The position numbers and the translations under genes are program-made. Under the pieces are notes generated by a model. It had not been told where the DNA came from, ran no database searches, and worked only from the letters and a program-made list of their open reading frames with translations. Source: a bacterium (lineage in GTDB: Bacteria > Bacteroidota > Ignavibacteria > Kapaibacteriales > Kapaibacteriaceae). From it: DNA of 64,000 bases. Positions 10,052-21,071 of this stretch are shown one piece after another; position 1 is the stretch's first letter, and each line of letters starts with the position of its first letter. The stretch covers positions 12,566-76,565 of the forward strand of contig JAWXBR010000017.1 in the NCBI GenBank assembly GCA_034440235.1, written 5' to 3'.

Positions 10052-10852
10052 TTGCCATCCATGATTGAGGCACTCGCACCATATACTATCAAGGTCTGGA
10101 TTGTCGCTGGTTCGGGCTTTGCCGATGCCATCATTGCGGCTCAGTTGCCTTTACTTACAGAGGTGGCGTACGAAGCGGTTCCGGGCATACCGGCAACAAC
10201 AGTGCACGGACACAAAGCGGTGTTACGCGTTGTAGACTATGGTGGCGCAGCCGTAGGAATATTTCTTGGACGCCATCACCTTTACGAAGGTCACTCTGGC
10301 GATGCTTCGTGCGCACTCGTACGTGTAGCGCAAGAGCATGGAGGCACACACATTATTCTGACGAATGCTTCGGGCGGGCTCGATCCGTCGCTATCCGTAG
10401 GCGACATTGCACTGTTGCACGATGGTATCGATTTTACGTTCGAGAATGCCTCATCATCCCAACGGCAACCATCATCCCATCGACTTCCATCAGCGCATCA
10501 ACCGCCGAAATTCGACAAGGCATGGATAACCAAGACATCGCAACGCTGCTTTGCGCACGGAATCGCAACGAGAGAGTGCTCATACGCGCAGGTGTTGGGT
10601 CCGTCATTCGAAACACGGGCCGAAATCAGAATGCTGCGTCGTATGGGTGCAGACCTTGTTGGCATGTCTACTATTCACGAGGCATCTGCTGCGACAATCT
10701 TGGGCATGCACGTACTAGGCATCTCGTTGGTAACCAACAAGGCAAGTGATACGACGGGCTCTGCTATTTCACACCGAGAGGTGCTCGAGACTGCATTGGA
10801 AGGCTCTGCTAGACTTCGTGTGGTATTGATGGCTGCGTTAGACACAGCATAG
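10052..10852 (+). CDS. punA: purine-nucleoside phosphorylase
   Basis: GSG, TVHGH, GRHHLYEG, TNASGG, GPSFETRAE, VGMST, VTN. The start may be ATG 10061. Confidence 0.9.
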   Translation: MPSMIEALAPYTIKVWIVAGSGFADAIIAAQLPLLTEVAYEAVPGIPATTVHGHKAVLRVVDYGGAAVGIFLGRHHLYEGHSGDASCALVRVAQEHGGTHIILTNASGGLDPSLSVGDIALLHDGIDFTFENASSSQRQPSSHRLPSAHQPPKFDKAWITKTSQRCFAHGIATRECSYAQVLGPSFETRAEIRMLRRMGADLVGMSTIHEASAATILGMHVLGISLVTNKASDTTGSAISHREVLETALEGSARLRVVLMAALDTA

Positions 10853-10886
10853 TGCCCTACAGAACACCGCCTAGGGTCAGGTGCAG

Positions 10887-10894
10887 TATCTTTG
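10887..10894 (+). promoter_or_regulatory. -7 promoter element
   Basis: TATCTTTG 5 nt before ATG 10900. Confidence 0.55.
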
Positions 10895-10899
10895 CTGAT

Positions 10900-11718
10900 A
10901 TGCGAGAACGTTCTGCTGTCTGTTTATTTACTGTGTGTGTGCTGGTGATTACTACGCTCTGCACCACCTCATGTAAGCAAACTTTTTCTAGTCCGTGGAA
11001 ACTGCGCGGACTTCGCGTTGACGGAGAAATTTTTCACGTCAAGGCATTTAAACTCAGCGATTCTACCGTACAGCTTTCATTTGTTGGAACGGCTAACCTC
11101 CGCACGAAGGAGGCTTCTATCCGGTACGTCGATGTAGCAATCGGTACATCGGCAGATGCCCTTCATGATACCGTTGCGTTTTCTGTAGACCACATTGAGT
11201 CGGATGGTGGAGGACCTACACAAGCCATAGGTAATGCTGTATGGGATTCGCCAACGGCTAAATTGTCGACGTCTGCCGTTGGTGATATCAGTGTGCTAAC
11301 TGCGAGCGATCATCTGGTCTTTCGACAGATTATTGAGTACTCCGAAGCAGAAGGTCTATTCTTAACGCCGTTCGCAACGGCTGCCTCTGATACTACCATC
11401 GAAATTGGTGCCCTTGCAAAACGCATTTATTTGCCACCAGGTGAGTATCTGCCTTCTTCCGAAAATTTCCGCGTTATTATTTCAGAACCTAAGGGTGCAG
11501 TTGTTTGGCGCAGCGATGCGGGCATGTCGTTTCTTGCGATGGTAGGCAATGTAGAACCACGCCAGGCCAATCAGGTTCAGCGATATTCACTGCCGTGGAA
11601 CGGACGTGATCTACAACAGAACATCGTAGCTCCGGGCGACTATGTAGTTGAGTTTATTATACCGGCCCGACCAAAGCCATATCAAGCACGTACAACCCTG
11701 CAGTGGCCTCCTCGATAG
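10900..11718 (+). CDS. hypothetical lipoprotein with C-terminal Ig-like (BsuPI/FlgD-like) domain
   Basis: Hydrophobic signal with TTSC lipobox; WNGRD...APGDYVV motif. Confidence 0.65.
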   Translation: MRERSAVCLFTVCVLVITTLCTTSCKQTFSSPWKLRGLRVDGEIFHVKAFKLSDSTVQLSFVGTANLRTKEASIRYVDVAIGTSADALHDTVAFSVDHIESDGGGPTQAIGNAVWDSPTAKLSTSAVGDISVLTASDHLVFRQIIEYSEAEGLFLTPFATAASDTTIEIGALAKRIYLPPGEYLPSSENFRVIISEPKGAVVWRSDAGMSFLAMVGNVEPRQANQVQRYSLPWNGRDLQQNIVAPGDYVVEFIIPARPKPYQARTTLQWPPR

Positions 11719-12821
11719 ACGTACACGAACGATGGATGACCCATGCGCTGGCATTGGCCTTGCGCGGTACTGGGCATGTTAGTCCGAACCCCCGTGTCGG
11801 CTGCGTTATCGTTGCCGATAACATTGTTTTGGCAGAGGGATGGCACGCTGAGTACGGCGGACCTCACGCAGAAGCTCATGCTCTTGCATCGCTGTTTGCA
11901 CGACCAGAATATTCCGATTCGACTTCTATGCACACACTTCCTGAAAACGCAATCGTGTACGTCACACTCGAACCGTGTTCTCATGTCGGCAAAAGAGGAT
12001 CGTGTGCCGATGCTCTTCTTGCAGCGGGTGCCCGTCACGTTGTTATCGGCATGGTAGACCCTTATCCGGAAGTGAATGGTCGCGGCATACAGCGCCTGCA
12101 CGACAACGGTGTTATAGTCGACGTTGGAATTTGTCAGGACGCATGTGCATGGACAAACCGCTCGTTTGTAAAATATGTTACTACTGGCACTCCATACGTC
12201 GTTCTAAAGATGGCGCAAACGCTTGACGGTTTTGTTGCCCCGCCAGATCGCTCACGCATGGCCATCACGGGCGTCGAAAGTCGTACACGTGTACACGCAC
12301 TGCGTGCAGAGTTCGATGCAGTGCTCATTGGTATCGGCACGGCGCTGGCTGATGACCCTGAACTTACCGTGCGCGATGTCGACGGACGCAATCCTGTGCG
12401 AGTTGTCATGGATCGCCGCTGCCTTCTTCCAATAACATCTCGCCTCGTGCAGACTGCGCACTCCATTCGCACACTTGTTGCCTGTAATGCTGAGTACGCT
12501 TTGATCAACGCGCAGTGGATAATCGATGTAGAAGCTCATGGTATAGACGTTATTCAACTCGACAACACAGAAACGTTCGATTCGCTCTTTGCAGCACTTG
12601 CCGAACGTGGCATCGCTTCAGTTTTTTGTGAAGGGGGCGCGCGTCTTGCTGCCGCGCTTATGGGGCAACACTGTGTGGATGAACTACACGTGCATGTTGC
12701 ATCATCCACCATGGGCGTCGGACATCGCTGGACTCCTGACGAGGCTTCTGCATGGCAATTACACACGTGCGAACGCGTCGGCGGCGACGTTCATCTTCTT
12801 CTCTTGCCAACATCTTCATAA
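11703..12821 (+). CDS. ribD: riboflavin biosynthesis deaminase/reductase
   Basis: PNPRVGCV, HAE, TLEPCSH, DDPELT, EGG. Confidence 0.96.
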   Translation: MASSIDVHERWMTHALALALRGTGHVSPNPRVGCVIVADNIVLAEGWHAEYGGPHAEAHALASLFARPEYSDSTSMHTLPENAIVYVTLEPCSHVGKRGSCADALLAAGARHVVIGMVDPYPEVNGRGIQRLHDNGVIVDVGICQDACAWTNRSFVKYVTTGTPYVVLKMAQTLDGFVAPPDRSRMAITGVESRTRVHALRAEFDAVLIGIGTALADDPELTVRDVDGRNPVRVVMDRRCLLPITSRLVQTAHSIRTLVACNAEYALINAQWIIDVEAHGIDVIQLDNTETFDSLFAALAERGIASVFCEGGARLAAALMGQHCVDELHVHVASSTMGVGHRWTPDEASAWQLHTCERVGGDVHLLLLPTSS

Positions 12822-12829
12822 CTTCAGCA

Positions 12830-14161
12830 ATGCTCAAACTATTTCTATCGATTCTTCTGTTCGTGGCCCCATTGGCGAACGCGCAGCGTACGCCAGCCCC
12901 TTCGCCAAAAACGATTCAGGACGCGTCGAAAGCACTAAGTGAAGCCCGCTTTGCTGATGCAGAGGCTGCTGCGACATCGGTGTTGCGTAAAGAACCGGGT
13001 AATGCAAGTGCGTTTCTAATTCGTGCAGTTGCTCGACTCGAAACAACGAAGTACGCCGAAGCAGAAGCAGATGCAACGTCGGCCATTCGCCTCGACGCCG
13101 ATCTCATTCAAGCGTGGCTTGTAAAAGCAGAGGCACAGAAGAGGCGTAATGCCGATGCCGAGGCAATACTCACGCTAAAACAAACACAAGAGAGATTTCC
13201 GAAGTCAGATCAACCATACACCTCCCTTGGCATTTTGTATGCTCAGCGTGATAAGTGTGCCGAGGCCATCATCCCTCTAGAAGAGTCGCTTGTGAGACGT
13301 CCAGACAACTACTCAGCCACACGTCAGCTCGCACAATGTTACCTGCGCATTGGTCGCGCGTCCGATGGTGCTTCGTTGCTCGGTCGTCTTGCCGAAAGTA
13401 AACCAGGCGACGTAGAAGTGCGTGCTGCGCTTGCGGAGGCGCTTGCGGCAATGAACAACATCGATTCGGCGCTGGTGTTGTATGAGTCGATTGTGAAAAA
13501 CGCGCCGACTCGGACGCAAACCTATGGTGCGTATGCTGCTGCACTTTCGGGCGTCGGGAAAGATTCACTTGCATTTGTCATGCTTACGAAGCTCACCGAG
13601 CTGTCGCCCAAGGACGCAAACGCATGGTACGGTCTTGGTGTGATTGCGCAGAGCATGCGTCGACTCGACACTGCAATTCGGTCGTACAAAAAAGCAGTAG
13701 CATTAGACCCGCGCAACGCCAATGCATACTTTAACCTTGGCATTGCAAATCAGAACAGAGGCTTTTCTGACGAGGCGTTGCAAGCCCTGCGTCGCGGTGC
13801 TGTTCTATCGCCGAGTGTTGCACCGGATGCATACAACAACATCGGCATCATCCTTCGCAATGAACGTCGGTACGACGAAGCCATCGTCGCGCATAAACAG
13901 GCAATCGCCCTTAACGACAGCGCAGTGTTGTATTACGCAGCACTAGGCCATACGTATCTCGACGGACAGAAGTATGCAGAAGGCAAGACGATGTTAGAAT
14001 CGGCACTTACTAAACATGTAGACCAACCGGAATTGCTATTTGCACTCGGTCTGATTTACATGCGCCTTGGCGAGCCACAGAAAACAGAACAGATTATTAC
14101 GAAACTCGATACACAACAGTCACCGCTCGCTGCTGAACTACGCACGGTGTTAAAGAACTAA
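12830..14161 (+). CDS. exported tetratricopeptide repeat protein
   Basis: Signal peptide, multiple TPR units (AWYGLG, AYFNLG, AYNNIG). Confidence 0.88.
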   Translation: MLKLFLSILLFVAPLANAQRTPAPSPKTIQDASKALSEARFADAEAAATSVLRKEPGNASAFLIRAVARLETTKYAEAEADATSAIRLDADLIQAWLVKAEAQKRRNADAEAILTLKQTQERFPKSDQPYTSLGILYAQRDKCAEAIIPLEESLVRRPDNYSATRQLAQCYLRIGRASDGASLLGRLAESKPGDVEVRAALAEALAAMNNIDSALVLYESIVKNAPTRTQTYGAYAAALSGVGKDSLAFVMLTKLTELSPKDANAWYGLGVIAQSMRRLDTAIRSYKKAVALDPRNANAYFNLGIANQNRGFSDEALQALRRGAVLSPSVAPDAYNNIGIILRNERRYDEAIVAHKQAIALNDSAVLYYAALGHTYLDGQKYAEGKTMLESALTKHVDQPELLFALGLIYMRLGEPQKTEQIITKLDTQQSPLAAELRTVLKN

Positions 14162-16974
14162 TGCCAAGGCTAACAAGTATCGCTTCTTGGAGGACCATTG
14201 CGAGTAGACTGGCACTCATTGTGCTGCTCGTTATAGGTGCCGTATCCGCATCGGCACAGAGGTCGATGTCCGTGCAACAACTTCGACTCCTCGACAGCGC
14301 CCTGGCGTTAATCGGTCAGCAGCGCTCCGACTGCGCCATGCCGCCAGATCTGTTCCCAGCCGACAGACATCGTCTTCCGTTTCACGATCGCTTGTTCACC
14401 GACCCGTTCTCGTCGTTCGATGTCGCCGATGACATCCGGCAGCAAACGATGTTTGCAAGCGAGAACGACATGGCTTCGTTGGCCGACACGCTCATGCATA
14501 CGCTCGGACTCGGCAAGTACCGCCGACGTATCTACGACATCCGCATCCCTGGTGAAGAAATCGTACGCAAGCTCGGATCCGATCCGTATCCTAAAGCAGG
14601 ATACATAGGTGCAACACTGCTACTGCGCTATGCATCGGCTGTAATTCAGGCACGCGACGGCATGACCGTGGCACACGACCGCATTATAAATCAGCCAATG
14701 CTCGTTGCAATGTGTGATTCGCTCTGGCGATTGTCGCGCGAAAACGAGACCTCATCGATTTGGGATTTGTATGATGATGAAGTGGCTGGACGCAAAAAAG
14801 CTGCTTCATTTTTTCTAGTGGCAAACCCGGGGTCGTACACCGATCTCTATGTAAATGGCCTCTCGCTTTATGAGCAGCTCCTCGACTTCGTCCGACTTAG
14901 TGCAGACTCGCGACAACTCATGAACGACAGCGTAAAGACCACTATTATCGACACGCCGTACGGACGTATTGCTGTTGGTGGTGCTGGCGATGACATCTAT
15001 GAAGGTACGTTCTTTTTAATCGTTGATGTAGGTGGCAATGACGTGTACAGGTGCTCGGACAGCGGTAAAACAGCAGCACTAAAAACGTATGTGCGATGCA
15101 TCGTAGACCTCGGTGGCAATGACACGTACATCGGTGGCGACTTCACGCTCGGCAGCGGCGTTGCAGGCGTTGGCATAATTATAGACAACGATGGCAACGA
15201 TTTGTATCGTGCTGGAGATTTCTCGGTGGCGTGTGGACTCTTCGGTGTTGGTATTGTGCACGACCTGCTTGGAGACGACACGTATACGTCGGGGTCGAAC
15301 GGACAAGGTGCAGGAATTTTTGGCATTGGACTTCTTATCGACGATGCCGGACACGACACCTATCGCGCACATGCACAAGCGCAAGGGTTCGGCGCAACAC
15401 GCGGCGTTGGCATCCTCTCCGATAAATCCGGCAACGATCAGTACCTCGCAGCAAGTCCGTACGTCGACGTTCTCCGCTACGAATCACATCAAACAACATT
15501 CACGCAAGGGGCTGCCCTCGGCTACCGTCCGTTAGCCTCGGGCGGCATGGGTCTACTTATCGACCACGGTGGCAACGATCAGTACGTGTGCGACATCTAC
15601 GGCCAGGGCACAGGATACTGGTTCGGACTCGGTGCGGTGATAGACGTTGCTGGTGATGACCGTTATCAGGCGTACCAATACGCACAAGGTGCTGGTGTAC
15701 ACTTCGCCAGTGGCATCATGCGCGATATGCGCGGCGACGATGTGTACGTGTCGCATGGCGTGTCGCAAGGGTGTGGACACGACATCGCCTTTGGCATGTT
15801 GCTCGACGATGCGGGTAACGACAATTACGTCGTTGAAAGTTTATCGCTCGGCGGTGGTAATGCAAACGCTGTCTCGATAGCGCTCGATGAAAAAGGAAAC
15901 GACTCATACAGTGCAACAAATACATCGAACACGCTTGGCTTTTCAGACTTCAGACGTTCGTACGGAATGATAGGATTGTTTATCGATGGCGATGGCACCG
16001 ACACCTACGGTTCAACATCGCGCAACGAATCACGAAGTATTAAGTCTACCTACGGTGTTTTCTACGACACAAAACGCGTTGTTCGAGAAGACACTGTCGT
16101 TGAATCTCCACTGGCAACAGCAACCACATCGGTAGATCCGACACCTCTTGCAGATACGCCTGAGATGTTGTTTATTCAGGCCTCTGCTGCACCATTACGT
16201 TTTCAGAACAATGTGCAGCCAGCACGCGACAAACTCGCTGCAATGGGCACTGGTGCAATGCCAGAAATCGAAGAGCACCTCACCACACAAATGCCACGTG
16301 AGCGACTTACGCTCGAGGACATCATACCACGCATACATAAGACGTCGCCAGAAGTTGTCGAACTGCTTATTCGAGAATCGTTGCTTTCGAACGACAATGC
16401 AGAGGTGGCCCTTGCTGCTACGCTGGCCGGAAAAATCAAGGCACGCTCGGCAGTACCATCGCTCGTTTATCTTGCTACAGACACGTTGTGGCGATTGCGT
16501 CGGCTTGCCGCATTTACGCTTGGCGAAATTGGCGACAGCTCGAATGTGCCGCTCCTGCAGACCCTTATACGAGACCCTCACCCATACGTGCGTGCACGTG
16601 CAGCGTATGCGTTGGGTCTTGTTGGTGGCAACGACGGCTTCCGACTCGTGCGCGAAGCGCTTGTCGACGACGAAGCAATCGTGCGCAATTCTGCTGTCGA
16701 GGGTCTTGTACGCGGACCCAAACGTCCGATGACAGAATTAACACGCTGGATATCGAGCGTTACCGATCCGCTCGTTCTGGCGACCGGTGTTCGCGTACTT
16801 GCTGCATCTGACACAACAACGCGCGATGCTCAGGCCTTCGTTTCATTCGTACGCACCTCTCCAGAGTCGGTGCGTCGTACAGTTGATATGATACTCCCCG
16901 TTCTGCCTGCGTTCTGGCAAAAGAGTCTAACGCCAGAACTGCCAATAAAGAAGAAGCGCAAGAAACGTCCGTGA
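14161..16974 (+). CDS. exported protein with D-x-x-G-N/D-D-x-Y repeats and C-terminal HEAT repeats
   Basis: Repeated DLGGNDTY-like units; RRLAAFTLG and VRARAAYALG HEAT units. Confidence 0.8.
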   Translation: MPRLTSIASWRTIASRLALIVLLVIGAVSASAQRSMSVQQLRLLDSALALIGQQRSDCAMPPDLFPADRHRLPFHDRLFTDPFSSFDVADDIRQQTMFASENDMASLADTLMHTLGLGKYRRRIYDIRIPGEEIVRKLGSDPYPKAGYIGATLLLRYASAVIQARDGMTVAHDRIINQPMLVAMCDSLWRLSRENETSSIWDLYDDEVAGRKKAASFFLVANPGSYTDLYVNGLSLYEQLLDFVRLSADSRQLMNDSVKTTIIDTPYGRIAVGGAGDDIYEGTFFLIVDVGGNDVYRCSDSGKTAALKTYVRCIVDLGGNDTYIGGDFTLGSGVAGVGIIIDNDGNDLYRAGDFSVACGLFGVGIVHDLLGDDTYTSGSNGQGAGIFGIGLLIDDAGHDTYRAHAQAQGFGATRGVGILSDKSGNDQYLAASPYVDVLRYESHQTTFTQGAALGYRPLASGGMGLLIDHGGNDQYVCDIYGQGTGYWFGLGAVIDVAGDDRYQAYQYAQGAGVHFASGIMRDMRGDDVYVSHGVSQGCGHDIAFGMLLDDAGNDNYVVESLSLGGGNANAVSIALDEKGNDSYSATNTSNTLGFSDFRRSYGMIGLFIDGDGTDTYGSTSRNESRSIKSTYGVFYDTKRVVREDTVVESPLATATTSVDPTPLADTPEMLFIQASAAPLRFQNNVQPARDKLAAMGTGAMPEIEEHLTTQMPRERLTLEDIIPRIHKTSPEVVELLIRESLLSNDNAEVALAATLAGKIKARSAVPSLVYLATDTLWRLRRLAAFTLGEIGDSSNVPLLQTLIRDPHPYVRARAAYALGLVGGNDGFRLVREALVDDEAIVRNSAVEGLVRGPKRPMTELTRWISSVTDPLVLATGVRVLAASDTTTRDAQAFVSFVRTSPESVRRTVDMILPVLPAFWQKSLTPELPIKKKRKKRP

Positions 16975-18509
16975 TTCGTCATCCCTTCACGCTCGACCAC
17001 CTTGCTGCAGCCCTTTCGACTCGCCTCTCGGGTGCCACGCTTGTAGAAGTGTACACACAAGAAAAGTTTACAATCATAATGCGTTTTGTGAAAGACAACG
17101 AGGCCGTTACCGTTCTTGCCAGCGTCGAACCACAATACGGCAGCATTCTCATTCGCGACAATTCCAATCGTGCACGTAAGAATACCATCGATGTTTTTCC
17201 AACGCTAGTTGGTCAGCGTCTAGCTACAGTAACCAGGCATCCGACGGACCGCATTGTTTCGTTCTGGTTCGAGCATGCTCAACTGCACGTGCTTTTATAC
17301 GGCGGTGCAACGGGCAACATCGTTGCAACATCAGACGGCATGGTCGTAGACGCGCTGCGCGACAAACACACACTGGTGCACAAACCATTTGTTGTCCCCG
17401 AGTTCACTCCAAAATTGGGTCCGCACTACGAAGCCCTCGCCCTTGGTGACAAGCAAGCAGACACCGCTCATGTTGCTAGCACCGCTCATACTGCGAGCAC
17501 TTCGCACCCAGGAGATTCATCTGCAATCATCGCTTTATGCGAAGCATCAGCAACGTACTACGTTCTCGAGCGCGAGGGTGACGTGTTGTTTTCGTTATTG
17601 CCGCTGCCGGGTTGGAATGTTCTCGATGCCAGCGATGACATCTTCGTAGCTCTTCAAAAGACCATAAGTCTACGCCGACGTTCGACGCAATTAACAACTG
17701 CTCGCTCGGCAACCGTCAAACAGCTCGAACGCGACCGCTCTAAGCTCGTAAAGGGCATCGCAGGCATGCAGAGCGATGCAGCGCAGACCGACAGAGCATC
17801 GTTGTACAGAATGTATGGCGACATGTTATTGTCCGTGCCCAACCCAAACATCAAGGGCGAAAAGCAAGCCCTACTTGCAGATTGGAACGGCATCGAACAA
17901 ACCATTCCGCTCGACGATCTCAAAACGTACATCCAGAACGCCGATGTTTATTATACACGTGCTCGAAAATCAGAAAAGGCCGCAGAAGACCGTAAACGTC
18001 GTTTGCCTCAATACGTCGAACGTCTTGCGCGCATCGAAGAGCAACTCAGCAACATCGAGCACGCGCAAACACCCGAAGAACTTGGTTCACTTGTACAAAC
18101 CCGCATGGAAAAACGTCCAGAACAACCAGAACCGCAACAGCGCTACCGCACGTTTGAACTCGACGACACATACACACTATACGTTGGACGTAGCGCGGCA
18201 AACAACGACGAACTCACCATGCGTTTTGCAAAGCAGAACGACTGGTGGTTTCATGCGCGCGGCGTAAGTGGCTCACATGCTGTGCTAAGGGGCGGAGAAG
18301 GGGCCGAGAAGCCCCCTAAAAAAATTCTCGAACAAGCCGCTGCAATTGCCGCCTATTACTCGCAGGCGCGCAACGCCTCATACGTACCAGTCGTGTACAC
18401 ACAACGCAAAAACGTACGCAAACCCAAGGGCGCAAACGTCGGCGCTGTTACGCTCGAACGCGAAACGGTAATTATGGTGAAACCCGAAGCTCCGGCTGGA
18501 GCGGAGTAA
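16971..18509 (+). CDS. rqcH: NFACT/RqcH (FbpA-like) ribosome quality-control protein
   Basis: DR motif, NADVYY, VGRSAANND, WFHARGVSGSH, AAYYS, KPKGA. Confidence 0.88.
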   Translation: MIRHPFTLDHLAAALSTRLSGATLVEVYTQEKFTIIMRFVKDNEAVTVLASVEPQYGSILIRDNSNRARKNTIDVFPTLVGQRLATVTRHPTDRIVSFWFEHAQLHVLLYGGATGNIVATSDGMVVDALRDKHTLVHKPFVVPEFTPKLGPHYEALALGDKQADTAHVASTAHTASTSHPGDSSAIIALCEASATYYVLEREGDVLFSLLPLPGWNVLDASDDIFVALQKTISLRRRSTQLTTARSATVKQLERDRSKLVKGIAGMQSDAAQTDRASLYRMYGDMLLSVPNPNIKGEKQALLADWNGIEQTIPLDDLKTYIQNADVYYTRARKSEKAAEDRKRRLPQYVERLARIEEQLSNIEHAQTPEELGSLVQTRMEKRPEQPEPQQRYRTFELDDTYTLYVGRSAANNDELTMRFAKQNDWWFHARGVSGSHAVLRGGEGAEKPPKKILEQAAAIAAYYSQARNASYVPVVYTQRKNVRKPKGANVGAVTLERETVIMVKPEAPAGAE

Positions 18510-18560
18510 CACAGAAAGACGACAAAAGTGCCTTGTGGCTCGTAGACACCTATTCGGTGT

Positions 18561-20459
18561 CTACTCTTCTAGGTACGTGTACCCGTACAAGCCGCTGCGA
18601 TAGATGGCAAGAAATTCTTTGCCTTCGAGGACGCTAATGCGTTTTTCTTTGACGGAGGCGGAGACCCAGGCTTCCATGGTACGGACAAGTTTTTTTGCGT
18701 CGAACTGTACGTAGTCGAGAACGTCGGCAACGGTTTCACCATCGATGACTTTATCGATTTCGTATCCGCCCTTTTCGGTTACGACAACGTGCACTGCGTT
18801 GGTGTCGCCAAAGAGATTGTGCAAGTCGCCGAGGATTTCCTGGTATGCTCCGACGAGGTACACAGCCAGGTAATAGGGCTCTCCATCTGTGAATGGATGT
18901 AATGGCAGAGAGTGTGATGAATCGCGTACGCCGATGAAGTGATCGATCTTGCCGTCGCTGTCACACGTGATGTCTTGAATGGTAGCGAGGCGAGACGGAC
19001 GTTCATTCAGTCGGTGAATGGGCATGATTGGAAAGAGCTGGTCGATGGCCCACGAATCTGGTAGCGATTGAAAGAGCGAGAAGTTGCAGAAGTATTTATC
19101 GGCAAGGAGTTTTTGAAGCTGACGGAAATCTTCTGGTACTTGCTTTAGGTCTACGGTTAGGTCGCCTGCTTTATGTGCAATTGACCAGTAAAGTTTTTCT
19201 GTTTGAGCACGTGTTTTGAGATCGATAAGGCCCAGTGAAAATCTGTCGAGTGCTTCTTCGCGCATTTGTTGTGCATCGTGCCACGACTCGAGCATGTTGC
19301 GACTGTTCATGTTGCCGAGAATGCTATGCATGTCGCGAACAATCTCGTGGTCTTTTTTTGTAACGCGATCCTTCGATGTCCAGACGGGCATGCTCGTTGT
19401 CTCTAGGACATTAAACACGAGCACAGAGTGATGCGCAGTAAGGGCACGTCCAGATTCTGTGATGACATTTGGATGTGGCAAAGAATTCTTCGTTGCAGCA
19501 TCTACGAGTGTTGAAATTGCATCGTTGGCGTACTCCTGAATGGAATAGTTGATGCTCGAAGCAACGGCCGAACGAGAACCATCGTAATCAACGCCTAGAC
19601 CACCGCCAATGTCGACGAAGTCGATGTCACAGCCCATCTGACTCAACTGCACATAGAATTGCGCGACTTCGCGAAGGCCGGATTTAATCTTGCGGATGTT
19701 CGTTATCTGCGAGCCAAGGTGGAAGTGGATTAATCGGAAACAATCGAGTAGGTCGTTCTCGCGTGCAAACTCTACCGCATCGAGTAACTCAGATGCATTC
19801 AGACCAAACTTCGACTGGTCGCCACCTGACTCTTCCCATTTGCCACTGCCAGCGGCTGCAAGTTTAATGCGAACACCGATGTTCGGACGTACCTTGAGAC
19901 GTTTTGCAACGGCATTAATGAGCTTGAGTTCGTTGAGTTTTTCTGCTACGATGTAGATGCGCTTGCCCATCTTTTGCGCAAGCAGGGCGAGCTCGATAAA
20001 CTCTTCGTCCTTGTACCCATTGCAGATAATCAACGCTTCTTCGTTGTCCATAATGGCCAGCACCGCATGAAGCTCAGGTTTCGAGCCCGCTTCGAGTCCG
20101 ATGTTGAAGCGTTTGCCGTGTCGGACGATTTCTTCGAGAACCGGACGTTGCTGGTTTACCTTGATGGGGTAGACGCTATAGTATTTGCCCGTGTAGTCGT
20201 ATTCGGTTGAGGCTTTCACGAAGCAGCCCGCAATCTTTTCGATGCGATCATCCAGGATGTCCGGAAAACGCAACAGGACCGGAACCGAGACATCACGCAG
20301 GATGAGCTCGTCTACAAGCTCCTTGACGTCGATCGTCGGACCCTTCGATTTTCGAGGCATGACCGTAGCATTGCCCTTTGCATTGATACCGTAGTACCCA
20401 ATGCCCCATCCCGTTACATTGTAGAGTTCCGAGGAGTCTTCTGTCCGCCATTTACGCAT
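18561..20459 (-). CDS. speA: biosynthetic arginine decarboxylase
   Basis: YPIKVNQ, EAGSKPEL, HFHLGSQI, DIGGGLG, TCDSDG. Confidence 0.97.
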   Translation of the reverse strand: MRKWRTEDSSELYNVTGWGIGYYGINAKGNATVMPRKSKGPTIDVKELVDELILRDVSVPVLLRFPDILDDRIEKIAGCFVKASTEYDYTGKYYSVYPIKVNQQRPVLEEIVRHGKRFNIGLEAGSKPELHAVLAIMDNEEALIICNGYKDEEFIELALLAQKMGKRIYIVAEKLNELKLINAVAKRLKVRPNIGVRIKLAAAGSGKWEESGGDQSKFGLNASELLDAVEFARENDLLDCFRLIHFHLGSQITNIRKIKSGLREVAQFYVQLSQMGCDIDFVDIGGGLGVDYDGSRSAVASSINYSIQEYANDAISTLVDAATKNSLPHPNVITESGRALTAHHSVLVFNVLETTSMPVWTSKDRVTKKDHEIVRDMHSILGNMNSRNMLESWHDAQQMREEALDRFSLGLIDLKTRAQTEKLYWSIAHKAGDLTVDLKQVPEDFRQLQKLLADKYFCNFSLFQSLPDSWAIDQLFPIMPIHRLNERPSRLATIQDITCDSDGKIDHFIGVRDSSHSLPLHPFTDGEPYYLAVYLVGAYQEILGDLHNLFGDTNAVHVVVTEKGGYEIDKVIDGETVADVLDYVQFDAKKLVRTMEAWVSASVKEKRISVLEGKEFLAIYRSGLYGYTYLEE

Positions 20460-20497
20460 GTATGTCTTCCACGGGCTTGGGGTGATAAACGAAGGCG

Positions 20498-20520
20498 CAA
20501 AACTACGAAGACTATATTTG
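20498..20520. promoter_or_regulatory. back-to-back divergent -7 elements for speA and fur
   Basis: TAGTTTTG on minus (20498-20505); TATATTTG on plus (20513-20520), 5 nt before the fur ATG. Confidence 0.55.
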
Positions 20521-20525
20521 CGGAC

Positions 20526-20996
20526 ATGGCAACGCCTACATCCGACATTGAGCTACTGAAGCAACAGTTTGCCGAATACCTTCGGCTGAAGAAATACCGC
20601 AACACACAGGAGCGGTATAAGGTGCTCGACCGCATAGCAGAACTCGACAGGCACTTTAGTGCCGACGAGCTCTATATGTACATGAATACAAAGGGAGATC
20701 ACGTTTCGAGGGCTACGGTGTACTCTACACTCGATTTGCTCACGAAATGCACGATTCTCATGAAGCACAGGTTTCAGGGAGACAGCGCCCATTTCGAATT
20801 GGCATCCAGAATGCCTGATCATGATCACTTAATATGTGTGGAATGTGGACATATCGTGGAATTCAGGGAAAAGAGCATCGACGACATCCGCAACAAGGTT
20901 GCCGAAGGCCTGGGCTTCAAGCCCTTGATGCACTCCCTTCAAATTTTTGCAGTTTGTCCGGATCCCGTCACATGTGTGCACAACACAAACGAGTAA
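20526..20996 (+). CDS. fur: Fur family transcriptional regulator
   Basis: HFSADEL, SRATVY, HDHLICVECG. Confidence 0.92.
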   Translation: MATPTSDIELLKQQFAEYLRLKKYRNTQERYKVLDRIAELDRHFSADELYMYMNTKGDHVSRATVYSTLDLLTKCTILMKHRFQGDSAHFELASRMPDHDHLICVECGHIVEFREKSIDDIRNKVAEGLGFKPLMHSLQIFAVCPDPVTCVHNTNE

Positions 20997-21071
20997 CAGC
21001 GTCGGCGAAAAACAACACTAGCGAGTAAAGCGGCGGAACACTTTGTTATATAACTGCCTCACCGGAGCCGA

